A stretch of DNA of 64,000 bases. Source: Alphaproteobacteria bacterium (lineage in GTDB: Bacteria; Pseudomonadota; Alphaproteobacteria; Bin95). The translations under genes and the position numbers were made by a program. Of the stretch, positions 51,727 to 61,859 are shown one piece after another (position 1 is the first letter of the stretch; each line of letters opens with the position of its first letter). The notes beneath the pieces are model-generated. The model made no database searches, was not told where the DNA came from, and worked only from the letters and a program-made list of their open reading frames with translations. Location of the stretch: the NCBI GenBank assembly GCA_964291285.2, contig OZ219787.1, positions 1,920,001 through 1,984,000 on the forward strand, written 5' to 3'.

Positions 51727-54614
51727 TCGTCCTTCCTCGAAAGGTGGCGGTAATCGTTCCAGGCCCCGGCGAATTCCGGCCTCGGCTCGGCGAGATAGGG
51801 CATCGCCTCCTCGTCGAACGCGGCGACGAAGCGCCGGATGCCCTCGCGCGTCGCCTCGACGACCTCCTCGACATTGTAGGGGCCGCGCGACCTGCCCCGC
51901 TCCTGCCTGTCGTTGGCGACCGAAAGCGGCGCCGGCCTGTCGCCGCGTCCGCCGCCGGTGCGCCAGTATTCCAGCGCGGCCGCCCCGCCCGCCGGGCAGC
52001 CGGGAAAGCCGCCGTCCGCGGCGATGACGGCCTCGATGGGCAACTGCCGCGCGGTGCGCCGGGCGACATCGGTCGCCGACGGCGGGTTGCCGGACTTGTA
52101 ATCGACGATGACGGGGCCGCCGCGGGCGCGCAGTTCCAGCCGGTCGGCGCGGGCCGTCAGCGTGAACGGGCCTGCCGGGCACTCCAGCCGCGTCTTGCCG
52201 GCAATCTCGGTCAGGATGCGCTCGATGGCGGGCCGGCGCGCCTGCTCGACGGTCCAGACATTGGCGGCCGCGCGCTCGAACCGCGGGTTCCAGAAGGCCG
52301 CCGCCAGCGGCCGGTCCCCGTATCGGGCGAACGCCTCCCGGCCGATGGCGAGCAGGTGCTCCCAGGCTTCGTCCGGCAGGTCCGGGCCCGGATAGCCGCG
52401 CATGAAGCGCTCCAGCGCCTCGTGGATCGTCGAGCCGAAATCGCGCGCTTCCGGGTCGGCGTCGATGGGGTCGAGCGGGCGGAGGCCGAGGATGTGGGAA
52501 GCGTAGATGCTGTAGGGGTCCTGGAGCCAGGTCTGGATGCGGGTGGCGGAGAGCTTGCGGGGCCGCGCGGCCACGGGCGGGCGGGGCCGCGGCGGGTCGC
52601 AGGACCGCACCTCCTCCGGCCGGTCCAGCGCCGCCTGCCAATGGGCCCAGCGCCGGTCCTCGATGTCCCGCCCGAGCGCCCGGGCCACGGTCTCCAGCCG
52701 TTGCAGCCAGGGCGAGGGCACGGTCGGGTCGGTGCCCACCCGCTCGGCGCGCGTCAGCACCACTTCGCCGGACCCCAGCGCCTGGGCGAAATCGTGCGCT
52801 GCCAGGCCCTGCCGCGCCTCCGCCGGGGGCAGGCCGAACTGCATGCGCATCTCGCGGCTCATCCACGGGTCGGGCGCGGGCTCCGCCGGCCACGCGCCCT
52901 GGTTCAGCCCGGCGAGCACCAGCCGGTCGGCGCGCTGCAGCCGCGCTTCCAGCGGCCCGAGAATGGCGAGGCCCGGATGACAGGCGCGCGGGAGGCGCAC
53001 CGTCTGCCCGGCGGCCAGCTCGTCGAAGAGCGCGGCATAGTCGGCGGGCGCGACGGACGGCCAGGCGCCCGCAGCCTCGTCGAGCTCGGCCAGCAGCGCC
53101 GCCGCCGCTTCCCCGTCTGCGCCGCGCCAGGGGCCGGTTTCGCCGGCGAGCGCCTCCGCCGTTTCGACATGCGCGGCCAGCAGCTCCGCCAGCGGCGCCG
53201 CCTGCCGCCGGTGCAGCGCCGCCAGCGGCCGGAAGGCGCGGGCGATCCGCCGCGCCGTCTCGGCCACGCGCTTGTCCTTCGCGTCTTTCGCCTTGGCCAG
53301 CAGCCCGTCCAGCCCGTTGCCGGGGCGCGGGCCGCGCAGCAGTTCGCGCTCCAGCCGGCGGACGGCCTGGCGGAAGCGCGCGGGCTCCATGCCGCAGGAC
53401 GCGAGCGGGTGCTTGAGCGCGGCGAGCAGTTCGGCGGGGGCGAAATCCGCCGCTGCATGGGCGATGAGCCGCAGGAAGGCGCCGGCGGGCGTCCTGCCGA
53501 GCGGTATGCCGGCGCTGTCGTCCGCCAGAAGGCCCCAGCGCCCAAGCTCCACCGACACCCGCCGGGCGAGGTCGCGGTCGGGCGTCACCAGCGCGGCGGT
53601 CCTGCCGTGCTCCACCGCCTCGCGCAGCATGAGGGCGACGGCGCCCGCCTCGGCGGCCGGGTTGGCGAAGCGGGCGGTGCTCAGCCCTTCGGCGCCGTCG
53701 CCGAGTTCCGGCGCGAGGCTTTGCCAGGCTTCGGTCGTCGCCGCCGGCCGCATGGCTTCCGCCACCAGCCGGCTGCGGGGCGAGGGGCGCGCCTCCGGCC
53801 AGTCCGGCACGTCGCCGCGCGCCATGCCGAGCCGGCCCAGCAATTGCTTCAATGCCCATTGCGGATGGCCTTCTTCGACCGCCTCCCAACCCCCGTCGTC
53901 GAGATGGCGGTCGAGGCCCGGCAGCACGACGAGGCCCTGCGGCATGGCGGCGATGCAGGCCAGCAGGTCGGCCGTTGCCGGCATCACGCCGGTCGAGCCG
54001 GCGGCGATGACGCGCCCGGCCGGGGGATACTTCCGCCAGAGCGCGATCTGCGCTGCGTAGAGCCGGTTGCGCCGGTCGATGGGGTCGAGCCGCCCCTGCT
54101 CCTCCAGGATCGCCGGCCAGCGCTCCGTGACGATGGCGAGGAAGTCCAGCGTCTCCTGCCAGTGCTCCGCGAACTCCTCCGCCACCAGCGTGTCGAGGCG
54201 GCTGAAATCGAGGCGGTTGAACTGCACCTCGTCGATCAGCCGGGCGAGCGCGCCGGCAAGCTGCAGGGCGCGGTCGGGCGGAATTTGGCGGTCGCGCTGC
54301 ATGACGAGCCGGGCGAGCAGCAGGCGGCGGCCGAGCGCGGGGATTGCGGGCCTGAGGCTGAGATCGTCCGCGAGCCCGGGCTCGGCTTCGGCGCGGATGG
54401 CGATTTCGTCGGCGTCCAGCTCGCCGAGGGAGAGGATGCGCGGCAGCAGCAGCGCCTCGCCGCCCGCCGCCTCCGCGAACGCCTCGACGAGCGCGCGCCC
54501 GGCGCGGTGCGTCGGCAGGAGCACGATGTCGTCGGCGAGCGCCGGGCTGCCGATAAGCGCGCCGGCGAGCGTTTCGAGGAAGGGCGCGCCCGCGGGGATG
54601 GAGACGGTATTCAC
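51708..54614 (-). CDS. addB: Double-strand break repair protein AddB
   Basis: SIPAGAPFL, AGSTG, HPQ, ALVTPDR.LARRV, LKHP, DPYSIYA and ADRL..DYKSG. Confidence 0.94.
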   Translation of the reverse strand: MNTVSIPAGAPFLETLAGALIGSPALADDIVLLPTHRAGRALVEAFAEAAGGEALLLPRILSLGELDADEIAIRAEAEPGLADDLSLRPAIPALGRRLLLARLVMQRDRQIPPDRALQLAGALARLIDEVQFNRLDFSRLDTLVAEEFAEHWQETLDFLAIVTERWPAILEEQGRLDPIDRRNRLYAAQIALWRKYPPAGRVIAAGSTGVMPATADLLACIAAMPQGLVVLPGLDRHLDDGGWEAVEEGHPQWALKQLLGRLGMARGDVPDWPEARPSPRSRLVAEAMRPAATTEAWQSLAPELGDGAEGLSTARFANPAAEAGAVALMLREAVEHGRTAALVTPDRDLARRVSVELGRWGLLADDSAGIPLGRTPAGAFLRLIAHAAADFAPAELLAALKHPLASCGMEPARFRQAVRRLERELLRGPRPGNGLDGLLAKAKDAKDKRVAETARRIARAFRPLAALHRRQAAPLAELLAAHVETAEALAGETGPWRGADGEAAAALLAELDEAAGAWPSVAPADYAALFDELAAGQTVRLPRACHPGLAILGPLEARLQRADRLVLAGLNQGAWPAEPAPDPWMSREMRMQFGLPPAEARQGLAAHDFAQALGSGEVVLTRAERVGTDPTVPSPWLQRLETVARALGRDIEDRRWAHWQAALDRPEEVRSCDPPRPRPPVAARPRKLSATRIQTWLQDPYSIYASHILGLRPLDPIDADPEARDFGSTIHEALERFMRGYPGPDLPDEAWEHLLAIGREAFARYGDRPLAAAFWNPRFERAAANVWTVEQARRPAIERILTEIAGKTRLECPAGPFTLTARADRLELRARGGPVIVDYKSGNPPSATDVARRTARQLPIEAVIAADGGFPGCPAGGAAALEYWRTGGGRGDRPAPLSVANDRQERGRSRGPYNVEEVVEATREGIRRFVAAFDEEAMPYLAEPRPEFAGAWNDYRHLSRKDEWARTL

Positions 54615-55318
54615 GCGCTTGCCAGCGTCGCTTCGGCATGGGCGAGCCGCTCCGGCGTGCCGGCGTCCAGCCACATGCCCCCGCAGACGAGGCCGAAGAG
54701 CCGGCCCTCCGCTTCCGCCCTGTCATAGGCGCGCGTCAGCCGCCAGGCGCCGGGCGGCGGGTCGTCGAACAGGCCGGGGACGAGGATTTGCGCGCCGGTG
54801 AACAGGAAGGACGCGGTCTCGGGGTCCCGCCGCCGGCAGAGCCGCCCGTCCGACGAGAGGTGAAAATCGCCGCGTCCCTCGTAATGCACGGCCCGCGCCG
54901 TCCGGTAGAGCAGCAGCAGCGCGTCCATCCGGCGGGGGTCGAAGCCGGCCGCGAGCCTGCCCAGCCAGTCCGCGCCGTCCGGACCCCAGACGAGGTCCGA
55001 GTTGAGGACGAAAAAGGGTTCGCCGCCGAGAAGCGCCAGCGCATGGGCGACGCCGCCGCCCGTTTCCAGCCGTTCCCGCTCGCGGGAGATCAGAATGTCC
55101 GGCTGCGCCCGCCCGGCGAGATGGGCCTCGATCTCCTCCGCGCGGTGGTGGGTGTTGACGACCACACGCTCGATCCCGGCTCGCGTGAGCATGTCGAGCG
55201 CGCGGTCGATCAGCGCCCGGCCGCCGACGCGCCGGAGCGGCTTCGGCGGGCCGCCGCCGAGGCGCGAGCCGAGCCCCGCTGCCAGCACCATGGCGGTATG
55301 CGGCCGCGCGCCCGTCAT
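54611..55318 (-). CDS. murU: Nucleotidyltransferase, MurU-like
   Basis: AMVLAAGLGSR, PKPL, LETGGG and W.DAGT; follows the amgK-like kinase. Confidence 0.82.
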   Translation of the reverse strand: MTGARPHTAMVLAAGLGSRLGGGPPKPLRRVGGRALIDRALDMLTRAGIERVVVNTHHRAEEIEAHLAGRAQPDILISRERERLETGGGVAHALALLGGEPFFVLNSDLVWGPDGADWLGRLAAGFDPRRMDALLLLYRTARAVHYEGRGDFHLSSDGRLCRRRDPETASFLFTGAQILVPGLFDDPPPGAWRLTRAYDRAEAEGRLFGLVCGGMWLDAGTPERLAHAEATLASA

Positions 55319-56289
55319 TCGGCCACCGGGATGCGAAGGTCGGTCGCGACATGGCGGCGGAGCCACGCCGCCAGCGGCTCCAGTGCCGGATGGGCGAGAT
55401 TGCGCTCCAGCATCCGCCGGAGCCGGGGCAGGTGGCGCATGTAGCCGGGCTTGCCGTCGCGCCGGGCGAGCCGCATGAAGGTCCCGAGCACGCGGATATG
55501 CCGCTGCGCGCCGAGGACGGCGATATCGCGCTCCAGGTTCCGGGTGTCCGGAAAGGCGGCGCGGTAGCGGGCCAGCACTGCCCTGCGCACACTTTCATCG
55601 ACATCGCGCCTGGCATCCTCGATCAGTGAGGCGAGGTCATAAGCCGGAGGGCCGCCGGCGGCGTCCTGGAAATCGAGCAGCCCGCAGGCGGCCGCGCCTT
55701 CCCGTCCGCCCAGCCGCACGAGATTGTCCACATGGTAGTCGCGCAGCATCAGCGTCTCGGGTCCCGCCAGCACGGGCGCCAGCACCTGCCGCATCGCTGC
55801 GATGAACCCTTCCCGGTCCCTCGCCTGCCTGCCGGCGGCGGGCAGGTACCAGTCGAGGAAGAGTCCCGCGCCGGCGACGAACCGGTCCTCTCCGAAAGGC
55901 GGGAATCCGTCCGCGGCGCCCGCCCGGCCCTGCAAGGCCGCCAATGCGTCGGTTGCAAGAAGATACAGTCCTTCCTCGCTTTCGCCGCTTTCCAGCAGCC
56001 GGGTGAAGGTGTCGTCGCCGAAATCCTCCAGCAGCAGCAGCCCATGCGCCGGGTCGGCTCTATAGACTTCCGGCGCGGAAAGGCCCAGTTGCCGGAGCCG
56101 CGCGGCCACCGCCGTGAAGGGCCGCACGTCCTCCTCGGGCGGCGGCGCGTCCATCAGCATAACCGTCTCCCGGCCGCGCCTGAGCCGAACATAGCGGCGG
56201 AAGGAGGCGTCGCCCGGCAACGGCTCGCGGCGGGCCTCTTCCCAGCCCGCACCGGCAAGAAAGGCTGCGATCGCGGCTTGCCGGCTCAA
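55315..56289 (-). CDS. amgK: APH-family phosphotransferase, AmgK-like
   Basis: GDASFRRY.R, MDAPP, LEDFGD, RDYHVDNL, LDFQDA and YDLASL. Confidence 0.82.
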   Translation of the reverse strand: MSRQAAIAAFLAGAGWEEARREPLPGDASFRRYVRLRRGRETVMLMDAPPPEEDVRPFTAVAARLRQLGLSAPEVYRADPAHGLLLLEDFGDDTFTRLLESGESEEGLYLLATDALAALQGRAGAADGFPPFGEDRFVAGAGLFLDWYLPAAGRQARDREGFIAAMRQVLAPVLAGPETLMLRDYHVDNLVRLGGREGAAACGLLDFQDAAGGPPAYDLASLIEDARRDVDESVRRAVLARYRAAFPDTRNLERDIAVLGAQRHIRVLGTFMRLARRDGKPGYMRHLPRLRRMLERNLAHPALEPLAAWLRRHVATDLRIPVAE

Positions 56290-56726
56290 CGGCGGTCCTC
56301 GATCCGCGCCCGCCGCGCATCCCCGCAAGCGATCTCGAAGGCGATGTCGAGCCGCCGGTCGGGCAGGAAGCCGCCGAGCCGTTCCGGCCACTCGACCAGC
56401 GCCACGCCCTCGCCGAGCGCCTGTTCCAGCCCGAGTTCCACCGCCTCCTCCGGCGCGGCGAGCCGGTAACAGTCGAAATGCCAGACCGGCGGAGTCGGCT
56501 GTTCATAGACCTGCACCAGGGTGAAGGTCGGGCTCGGCACCGTCTCGGGCCTGAGCCCGGCATCCCTTTGGCGGCCTTGGATCAGCGCGCGCGCAAAGGC
56601 GGTCTTGCCCGCGCCGATGCTCCCGATCAGCCCGACCGCATCGCCCCGGCGGAGCGACGCCGCGACCTGCCGGGCGAGCCGTCCGGTCGCGGCGAGGTCG
56701 GGCAGATCGACGGCTTCGGGGAGCAT
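56286..56726 (-). CDS. tsaE: tRNA t6A biosynthesis ATPase TsaE
   Basis: GAGKT, SPTFTLVQ.Y, H.D.YRL and VEWP motifs. Confidence 0.95.
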   Translation of the reverse strand: MLPEAVDLPDLAATGRLARQVAASLRRGDAVGLIGSIGAGKTAFARALIQGRQRDAGLRPETVPSPTFTLVQVYEQPTPPVWHFDCYRLAAPEEAVELGLEQALGEGVALVEWPERLGGFLPDRRLDIAFEIACGDARRARIEDRR

Positions 56727-56803
56727 GGCGGCGGGACTTGATCGGGCAGGATGCGGCTTCCATGATAGTGGCCGCTGCGGCGCCCTCCAATCCCGGAGCA
56801 TCC

Positions 56804-57811
56804 ATGGAACACGAGACCGATGTGGCGATCGTCGGTGCGGGGCCGGTCGGCCTGTTCGCCGTGTTCGAGCTCGGCATGCTCCGGATCCGCGCGCATGTGG
56901 TGGACTCGCTGGAGGCGATCGGCGGGCAATGCACGGCGCTCTATCCCGAAAAGCCGATCTACGACATTCCCGGCTTCCCGAGGGTGGATGCCGGCGACCT
57001 GATTGAGCGGCTGGAGGAGCAGGCGGCGCCGTTTGCACCCGTCTATCACCTGGACCAGCGGGTCGAGGCGTTGACGCCTCTGGACGGCGGATGGCGGGTC
57101 GAGACCGCGAAGGGCACGGCGATTCGCTGCAAGGCGGTCATCGTCGCGGCCGGCGTCGGCGCGTTCGGCCCCAACCGCCCGCCGCTCGAGGGGCTGGCGG
57201 CCTATGAGGGCAGGAGCGTGTTCTACGCCGTCCGCCGGCGAGAGGACTTCCGGGACAAGCGCGTGGTGATCGGCGGCGGCGGCGACAGCGCGGTGGACTG
57301 GGCGCTTTCGCTCTCGGAAGTCGCGGCCTCGGTCGCGGTCGTCCACCGGCGGCCGAAGTTCCGCGCCGCGCCGGAGAGCGTCGCGCGTATGAAGGCGCTG
57401 GAGGCGGACGGGAAGCTGGAATGCGTCATCCCCTACCATCTCGACGGGCTGGAGGGCGAGGACGGCCGGCTGGACGCGGTCCGGGTGAAGACGCTGAAGG
57501 GCGAGACGCGCCGGCTCGAAGCCGATGTGCTGCTGCCCTTTTACGGGCTCGCAATGAATCTCGGCCCCATCGCGGAGTGGGGCCTGGGGCTTGACCGCAA
57601 CCACATCGCCATCGACCCCTCGACCTCGATGACGGACCGCGACGGCATCTACGCCATAGGCGACATCGCGACCTACAAGGGCAAGCTCAAGCTGATCCTG
57701 ACCGGCTTCGCCGAGGCCGCGGCGGCGGCGCACGACATCCATCCCCGCGTCTTTCCGGACGAGGTGCTGCACTGGGAATATTCGACGACGAAAGGCATAC
57801 CCGAGCCATGA
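56804..57811 (+). CDS. Ferredoxin-NADP(+) reductase, TrxB-like
   Basis: GAGPVG, GGQC.ALYPEKPIYDIP, GGGDSA.DW and GKLKLILTGF.E. Confidence 0.92.
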   Translation: MEHETDVAIVGAGPVGLFAVFELGMLRIRAHVVDSLEAIGGQCTALYPEKPIYDIPGFPRVDAGDLIERLEEQAAPFAPVYHLDQRVEALTPLDGGWRVETAKGTAIRCKAVIVAAGVGAFGPNRPPLEGLAAYEGRSVFYAVRRREDFRDKRVVIGGGGDSAVDWALSLSEVAASVAVVHRRPKFRAAPESVARMKALEADGKLECVIPYHLDGLEGEDGRLDAVRVKTLKGETRRLEADVLLPFYGLAMNLGPIAEWGLGLDRNHIAIDPSTSMTDRDGIYAIGDIATYKGKLKLILTGFAEAAAAAHDIHPRVFPDEVLHWEYSTTKGIPEP

Positions 57812-57827
57812 CCGACCCGTCCCCGCC

Positions 57828-58724
57828 ATGCCGAAAGGGCGCCGACTGTTGATCCCGACCTACACGATGCCCGGAGTGCTGACCATGCTGGGGCCCTCCG
57901 GCCCGGTGAGGCCGCTCGTGCTCGACTCGCCCCATAGCGGCACCGATTACCCCGCCGATTTCGATGCGGCGGTGGATCGGGCCACGCTGCTCGACGCCGT
58001 GGACACGGCGGTGGACCAGCTGTTCGGCGACGGACCGAGGCTGGGCGCGGCGCTGCTCAAGGCGCATTTCCCGCGCACCTATATCGACCCGAACCGCGCC
58101 GTGGACGACCTCGACGCGCGCCTTATCGACGGGTGCTGGCCCGATCCGCTCGCACCGACCGAGAAGACCCGGCGCGGCATCGGCCTGATCCGGCGCACCA
58201 TCGGCGATGACGACAGGGCGCTCTATGACCGCCGGCTCGGCGTCAAGGAGGTGCAGGCGCGGATCCGCCGCTACCACGCGCCCTATCACCGCGCCCTCGG
58301 CGGGGCGCTGGACAGGCTGATGGAGCGCTTCGGCGCGGTCTATCACCTGAATTGCCACTCCATGGGCTCGCAGAGCCGCGAGGACATGAGCCGGCGGCCG
58401 GACATGGTGCTCGGCGACCGCGACGGCACGACCTGCGAGGCGGACTTCACCGCCTACGCCGCCGAGGTGCTGGGCGGGCTCGGCTACAAGGTGCGGACCA
58501 ACCACATCTTCAAGGGCGTGGAACTCGTCCGCGCCTTCTCGGCCCCGGACGCTGGCCGCCACAGCCTCCAGATCGAGATCAACAAGGCCCTCTATATCGA
58601 CGAGGCCACCCGCCGCCCGCGCCCGGACTTCGCATCGGTCCAGGCCGATCTCGCGCATCTCATAGACCGGCTGGCCGCCTTCGCCGAAGAGCGCGCCAAC
58701 GATGCAGGGAGGGACGTGGCGTGA
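57828..58724 (+). CDS. N-formylglutamate amidohydrolase
   Basis: DSPHSG..YP, R.YIDPNR, PYH, CHSM, LGDR.G and LQIEIN. Confidence 0.9.
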   Translation: MPKGRRLLIPTYTMPGVLTMLGPSGPVRPLVLDSPHSGTDYPADFDAAVDRATLLDAVDTAVDQLFGDGPRLGAALLKAHFPRTYIDPNRAVDDLDARLIDGCWPDPLAPTEKTRRGIGLIRRTIGDDDRALYDRRLGVKEVQARIRRYHAPYHRALGGALDRLMERFGAVYHLNCHSMGSQSREDMSRRPDMVLGDRDGTTCEADFTAYAAEVLGGLGYKVRTNHIFKGVELVRAFSAPDAGRHSLQIEINKALYIDEATRRPRPDFASVQADLAHLIDRLAAFAEERANDAGRDVA

Positions 58725-61153
58725 AGACCCATGCAGAGGTCGTCGTTGTCGGCGGCGGGGTGATCGGCGCTTCGGTGCTGTACCACCTGACGAAGCGCGG
58801 CTGGAAGGATGTCGTGCTGGTCGAGCGCGACGAGCTCACCTCCGGGTCGAGCTGGCACGCCGCCGGCGGCATGCACACCATCAACGGCGACCCGCATATC
58901 GCGAAGCTCCAGAAATACACCATCGACCTTTACCCGGAGATCGAGACCGCATCGGGCCAGTCGGCGGGGCTGCATGTGACGGGTGGCTACCTGCTGGCCG
59001 GCACGCCCGAACGCATGGAATGGCTGAAGATGACGCATGCGCGCGGACGCTATCTCGGGCTCGATACCGAAATCGTCTCCGCCGAGGAGGCGCACAGGCA
59101 CATGCCGCTGCTCGACCCCCGGCATTTCGTGGGCGCGCTCTGGAACCCCAGTGACGGCCATGTGGACCCCTCCGGCACGACCCACGCCTATGCCGCTGCG
59201 GCCCGCGCCCAGGGCGCGGAAATCTATCGCTTCACGAAGGTCGAGGCGCTGGCGCCCCTGCCCGCCGGCGGATGGCTGGTGACGACCGGCAAGGGGGAAA
59301 TCCGCGCCGAGCATGTCGTCAATGCCGGCGGGCTCTGGGCGCGCGAGGTCGGGCGCATGGTCGGCCTCGAACTGCCGATCCTGGCGATGGAACATATGTA
59401 CCTCGTCACCGACGACATGCCGGAGGTGGAGGCATACAATCGCGAGACGGGCGGCGAGATGCTGCATGTCGTGGATTTCGAGGGCGAGATCTATCTGCGC
59501 CAGGAAGGCCGCGGCATGCTGATGGGTACCTATGAGAAGGCCTGCAAGCCCTGGTCGCCGGTGAACACGCCCTGGGATTTCGGCCACGATCTGCTGCCGC
59601 CCGACCTCGATCGCATCGCGCCGTCGCTGGAGGTCGGGTTCGAGCATTTCCCGGCCTTCAAGGAAGCCGGCATCAAGCAAGTCATCAACGGGCCGTTCTG
59701 TTTCGCGCCGGACGGCAACCCGCTGGTCGGGCCGGTGCGCGGGCTGCCGGGCTTCTGGTGCGCCTGCGCGGTGATGGCCGGCTTCAGCCAGGGCGGCGGC
59801 GTCGGCCTCGCGCTCGCCAACTGGATCGTGGACGGCGACCCCGGTTTCGACATTCACGCCATGGATGTCGCCCGCTATGGCGCCTGGGCGACGCCCGCCT
59901 ACACGCAAGCCAAGGTCCGCGAGAACTATTCCCGGCGCTTCTCGATCCGCTTCCCGAACGAGGAACTGCCGGCGGCGCGCCCGCTCCGCACCACGCCGGT
60001 CCACGACCGGATGGCGGACATGGGCGCGGTGTTCGGCGACGCCTGGGGGCTGGAGCAGCCGCTCTGGTTCGCGCCGCCGGGCGTGGAGGACCGGCTCTCG
60101 TTCCGCCGTTCCACGGACTTCGAGCATGTGGGCGCGGAATGCCGGGCCGTGCGGGAGGGTGTCGGCGTTGCGGAGACCAGCGGCTTCGCCGCATACGACG
60201 TGACGGGACCGGGCGCGGAAGCCTGGCTCGACCGGATTCTGGCAAGCCGCCTGCCGCGCGAGGGGCGCATGGGGCTGACGCCGATGCTGAACGAGGGCGG
60301 CAAGCTCATCGGCGATTTCACGCTCGCCAATCCCGGCGGCGGGCTCTGGCGGCTGGTTGGCTCCGGCCCTGCCGAGGAATACCACATGCGCTGGTTCGTC
60401 CGGCATCTGCCGGCGGACGGGTCGGTATCGGTCGTGCCGCTTGGGGCCGGCCTGAACGGACTCGCGATAGCCGGGCCGAAGGCGCGCGATGTGCTGGCGG
60501 CGCTTGTCCGCGAGGATGAGGATATTTCCGCCGAGGCGTTCCGTTTCATGGATGTGCGCCGCATGACGCTCGGTGCCATGCCGGCTCTGGTAGGCCGGGT
60601 CAGCTATACGGGCGGCCTCGGCTACGAGATCTGGGTTGCGCCCGACTACCACCGCCTTCTGCTCGACCTGCTGCTGGAGGCCGGCGGGGCGCACGGCATC
60701 CGCCCCTTCGGCAGCCGCGCGCTGAACGGGCTCCGCGTCGAGAAGCACTACGCCTCCTGGATGCGGGAATACCGTCCGCTCTACGGCCCGGTGGAGGCGC
60801 GGCTCGACCGCTTCGTCGCCTATGGCAAGCCGGCGGACTTCATCGGCAAGGAGGCGGCGCTCCGGGAGCGGGACTCGGGGGGCGAAGTGCGGCTCTGTTT
60901 CTTCTCGGTGGACGCCGACGATGCCGACGCCATGGGCGACGAGCCGGTCTGGCGCGGCGGCGAGGTCGTGGGCGCCGTCACCTCCGGCGGCTATGCCCAC
61001 TGGTCCGGCGTTTCCGTCGCCTGCGGCTATGTGCCGAAGGCGCTGGCGGCCGAAGAGGAGGGCTGGGAGATCGAAATCCTCGGCGACCGCCGCCCCGCCC
61101 GCCTCCAGCCCCATCCGCTCTTCGACCCGAACGGTGCGGCGATGCGGGGGTGA
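58721..61153 (+). CDS. GcvT-family FAD oxidoreductase (dimethylglycine/sarcosine dehydrogenase-like)
   Basis: GGGVIG, LTSGSSWHAAG, NGPF.F.PDG, R.SYTG.LGYE and LRVEK; GTG start. Confidence 0.92.
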   Translation: MKTHAEVVVVGGGVIGASVLYHLTKRGWKDVVLVERDELTSGSSWHAAGGMHTINGDPHIAKLQKYTIDLYPEIETASGQSAGLHVTGGYLLAGTPERMEWLKMTHARGRYLGLDTEIVSAEEAHRHMPLLDPRHFVGALWNPSDGHVDPSGTTHAYAAAARAQGAEIYRFTKVEALAPLPAGGWLVTTGKGEIRAEHVVNAGGLWAREVGRMVGLELPILAMEHMYLVTDDMPEVEAYNRETGGEMLHVVDFEGEIYLRQEGRGMLMGTYEKACKPWSPVNTPWDFGHDLLPPDLDRIAPSLEVGFEHFPAFKEAGIKQVINGPFCFAPDGNPLVGPVRGLPGFWCACAVMAGFSQGGGVGLALANWIVDGDPGFDIHAMDVARYGAWATPAYTQAKVRENYSRRFSIRFPNEELPAARPLRTTPVHDRMADMGAVFGDAWGLEQPLWFAPPGVEDRLSFRRSTDFEHVGAECRAVREGVGVAETSGFAAYDVTGPGAEAWLDRILASRLPREGRMGLTPMLNEGGKLIGDFTLANPGGGLWRLVGSGPAEEYHMRWFVRHLPADGSVSVVPLGAGLNGLAIAGPKARDVLAALVREDEDISAEAFRFMDVRRMTLGAMPALVGRVSYTGGLGYEIWVAPDYHRLLLDLLLEAGGAHGIRPFGSRALNGLRVEKHYASWMREYRPLYGPVEARLDRFVAYGKPADFIGKEAALRERDSGGEVRLCFFSVDADDADAMGDEPVWRGGEVVGAVTSGGYAHWSGVSVACGYVPKALAAEEEGWEIEILGDRRPARLQPHPLFDPNGAAMRG

Positions 61154-61238
61154 CGGCCTGTCGTCACGGTCTGGCATGGCAACCGGGAGCCGGGCATATT
61201 CGTCATCACAGGGACTCGCGACGGGCGTGGAGGGACCT

Positions 61239-61772
61239 ATGAAAACAGCAATCGTCATGCGTGGAATGCTTGCCCTGATTGGCATTTTCGCGCTGGCCTC
61301 GGCTTCGGCGGCGCAGCATGCGCACGGGACCTCGCCGTATGCGCATGGACAAAGCGCTGAAATCCCGAGCCTGACGCCGGAGGAGATTCGGGAACTGCGC
61401 GAAGGCGACGGTATGGGCCTTGCGCGGGCGGCCGAACTCAACCGCTTTCCGGGGCCGAGGCATGTTCTCGACCTCGCGTCCGAACTAGGCCTCGCCGGTG
61501 ACCAGGTCCGGCGAATGCAGGCCATTTACGAAGAGATGAAGGCCCAGGCAGTCGCAAAGGGCGAGAGTATCCTGGCGGCGGAGCGCCATCTGGCGGCGCT
61601 ATTTTCGTCCGGTCGGCCGTCGGCTGCGGAGGTGACGCGGGTGACGGGCCATCTCGGGGCAATGCAGGGGGAACTGAGGGCGATCCACCTGCTGGCGCAT
61701 ATCGAAGCCGCTCGCGAACTCTCTCCCGAGCAGGTCGAGAACTACCATCGGCTCAGGGGTTATTCGCATTGA
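61239..61772 (+). CDS. Periplasmic Spy/CpxP-like (heavy-metal-associated) protein
   Basis: Signal peptide, SPYA, G.GMGLA.AAELN.FPGP.HVL and LSPEQ..Y..LRGY. Confidence 0.78.
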   Translation: MKTAIVMRGMLALIGIFALASASAAQHAHGTSPYAHGQSAEIPSLTPEEIRELREGDGMGLARAAELNRFPGPRHVLDLASELGLAGDQVRRMQAIYEEMKAQAVAKGESILAAERHLAALFSSGRPSAAEVTRVTGHLGAMQGELRAIHLLAHIEAARELSPEQVENYHRLRGYSH

Positions 61773-61859
61773 CCGCAGCGGGATGCTTGAACGACACGCG
61801 GCCCGTTGGTCCGTGCCCGTAATTTTTGATCGCTAACGGCTCGTATGGCAGAACTTCGA

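Noticed and set aside
48394-54726. 2110-aa ORF suggesting a giant AddA fusion
   Set aside because: The first 1000 codons are a low-complexity Arg/Ala/Pro off-frame reading over addB; AddA motifs begin only after ATG 51726
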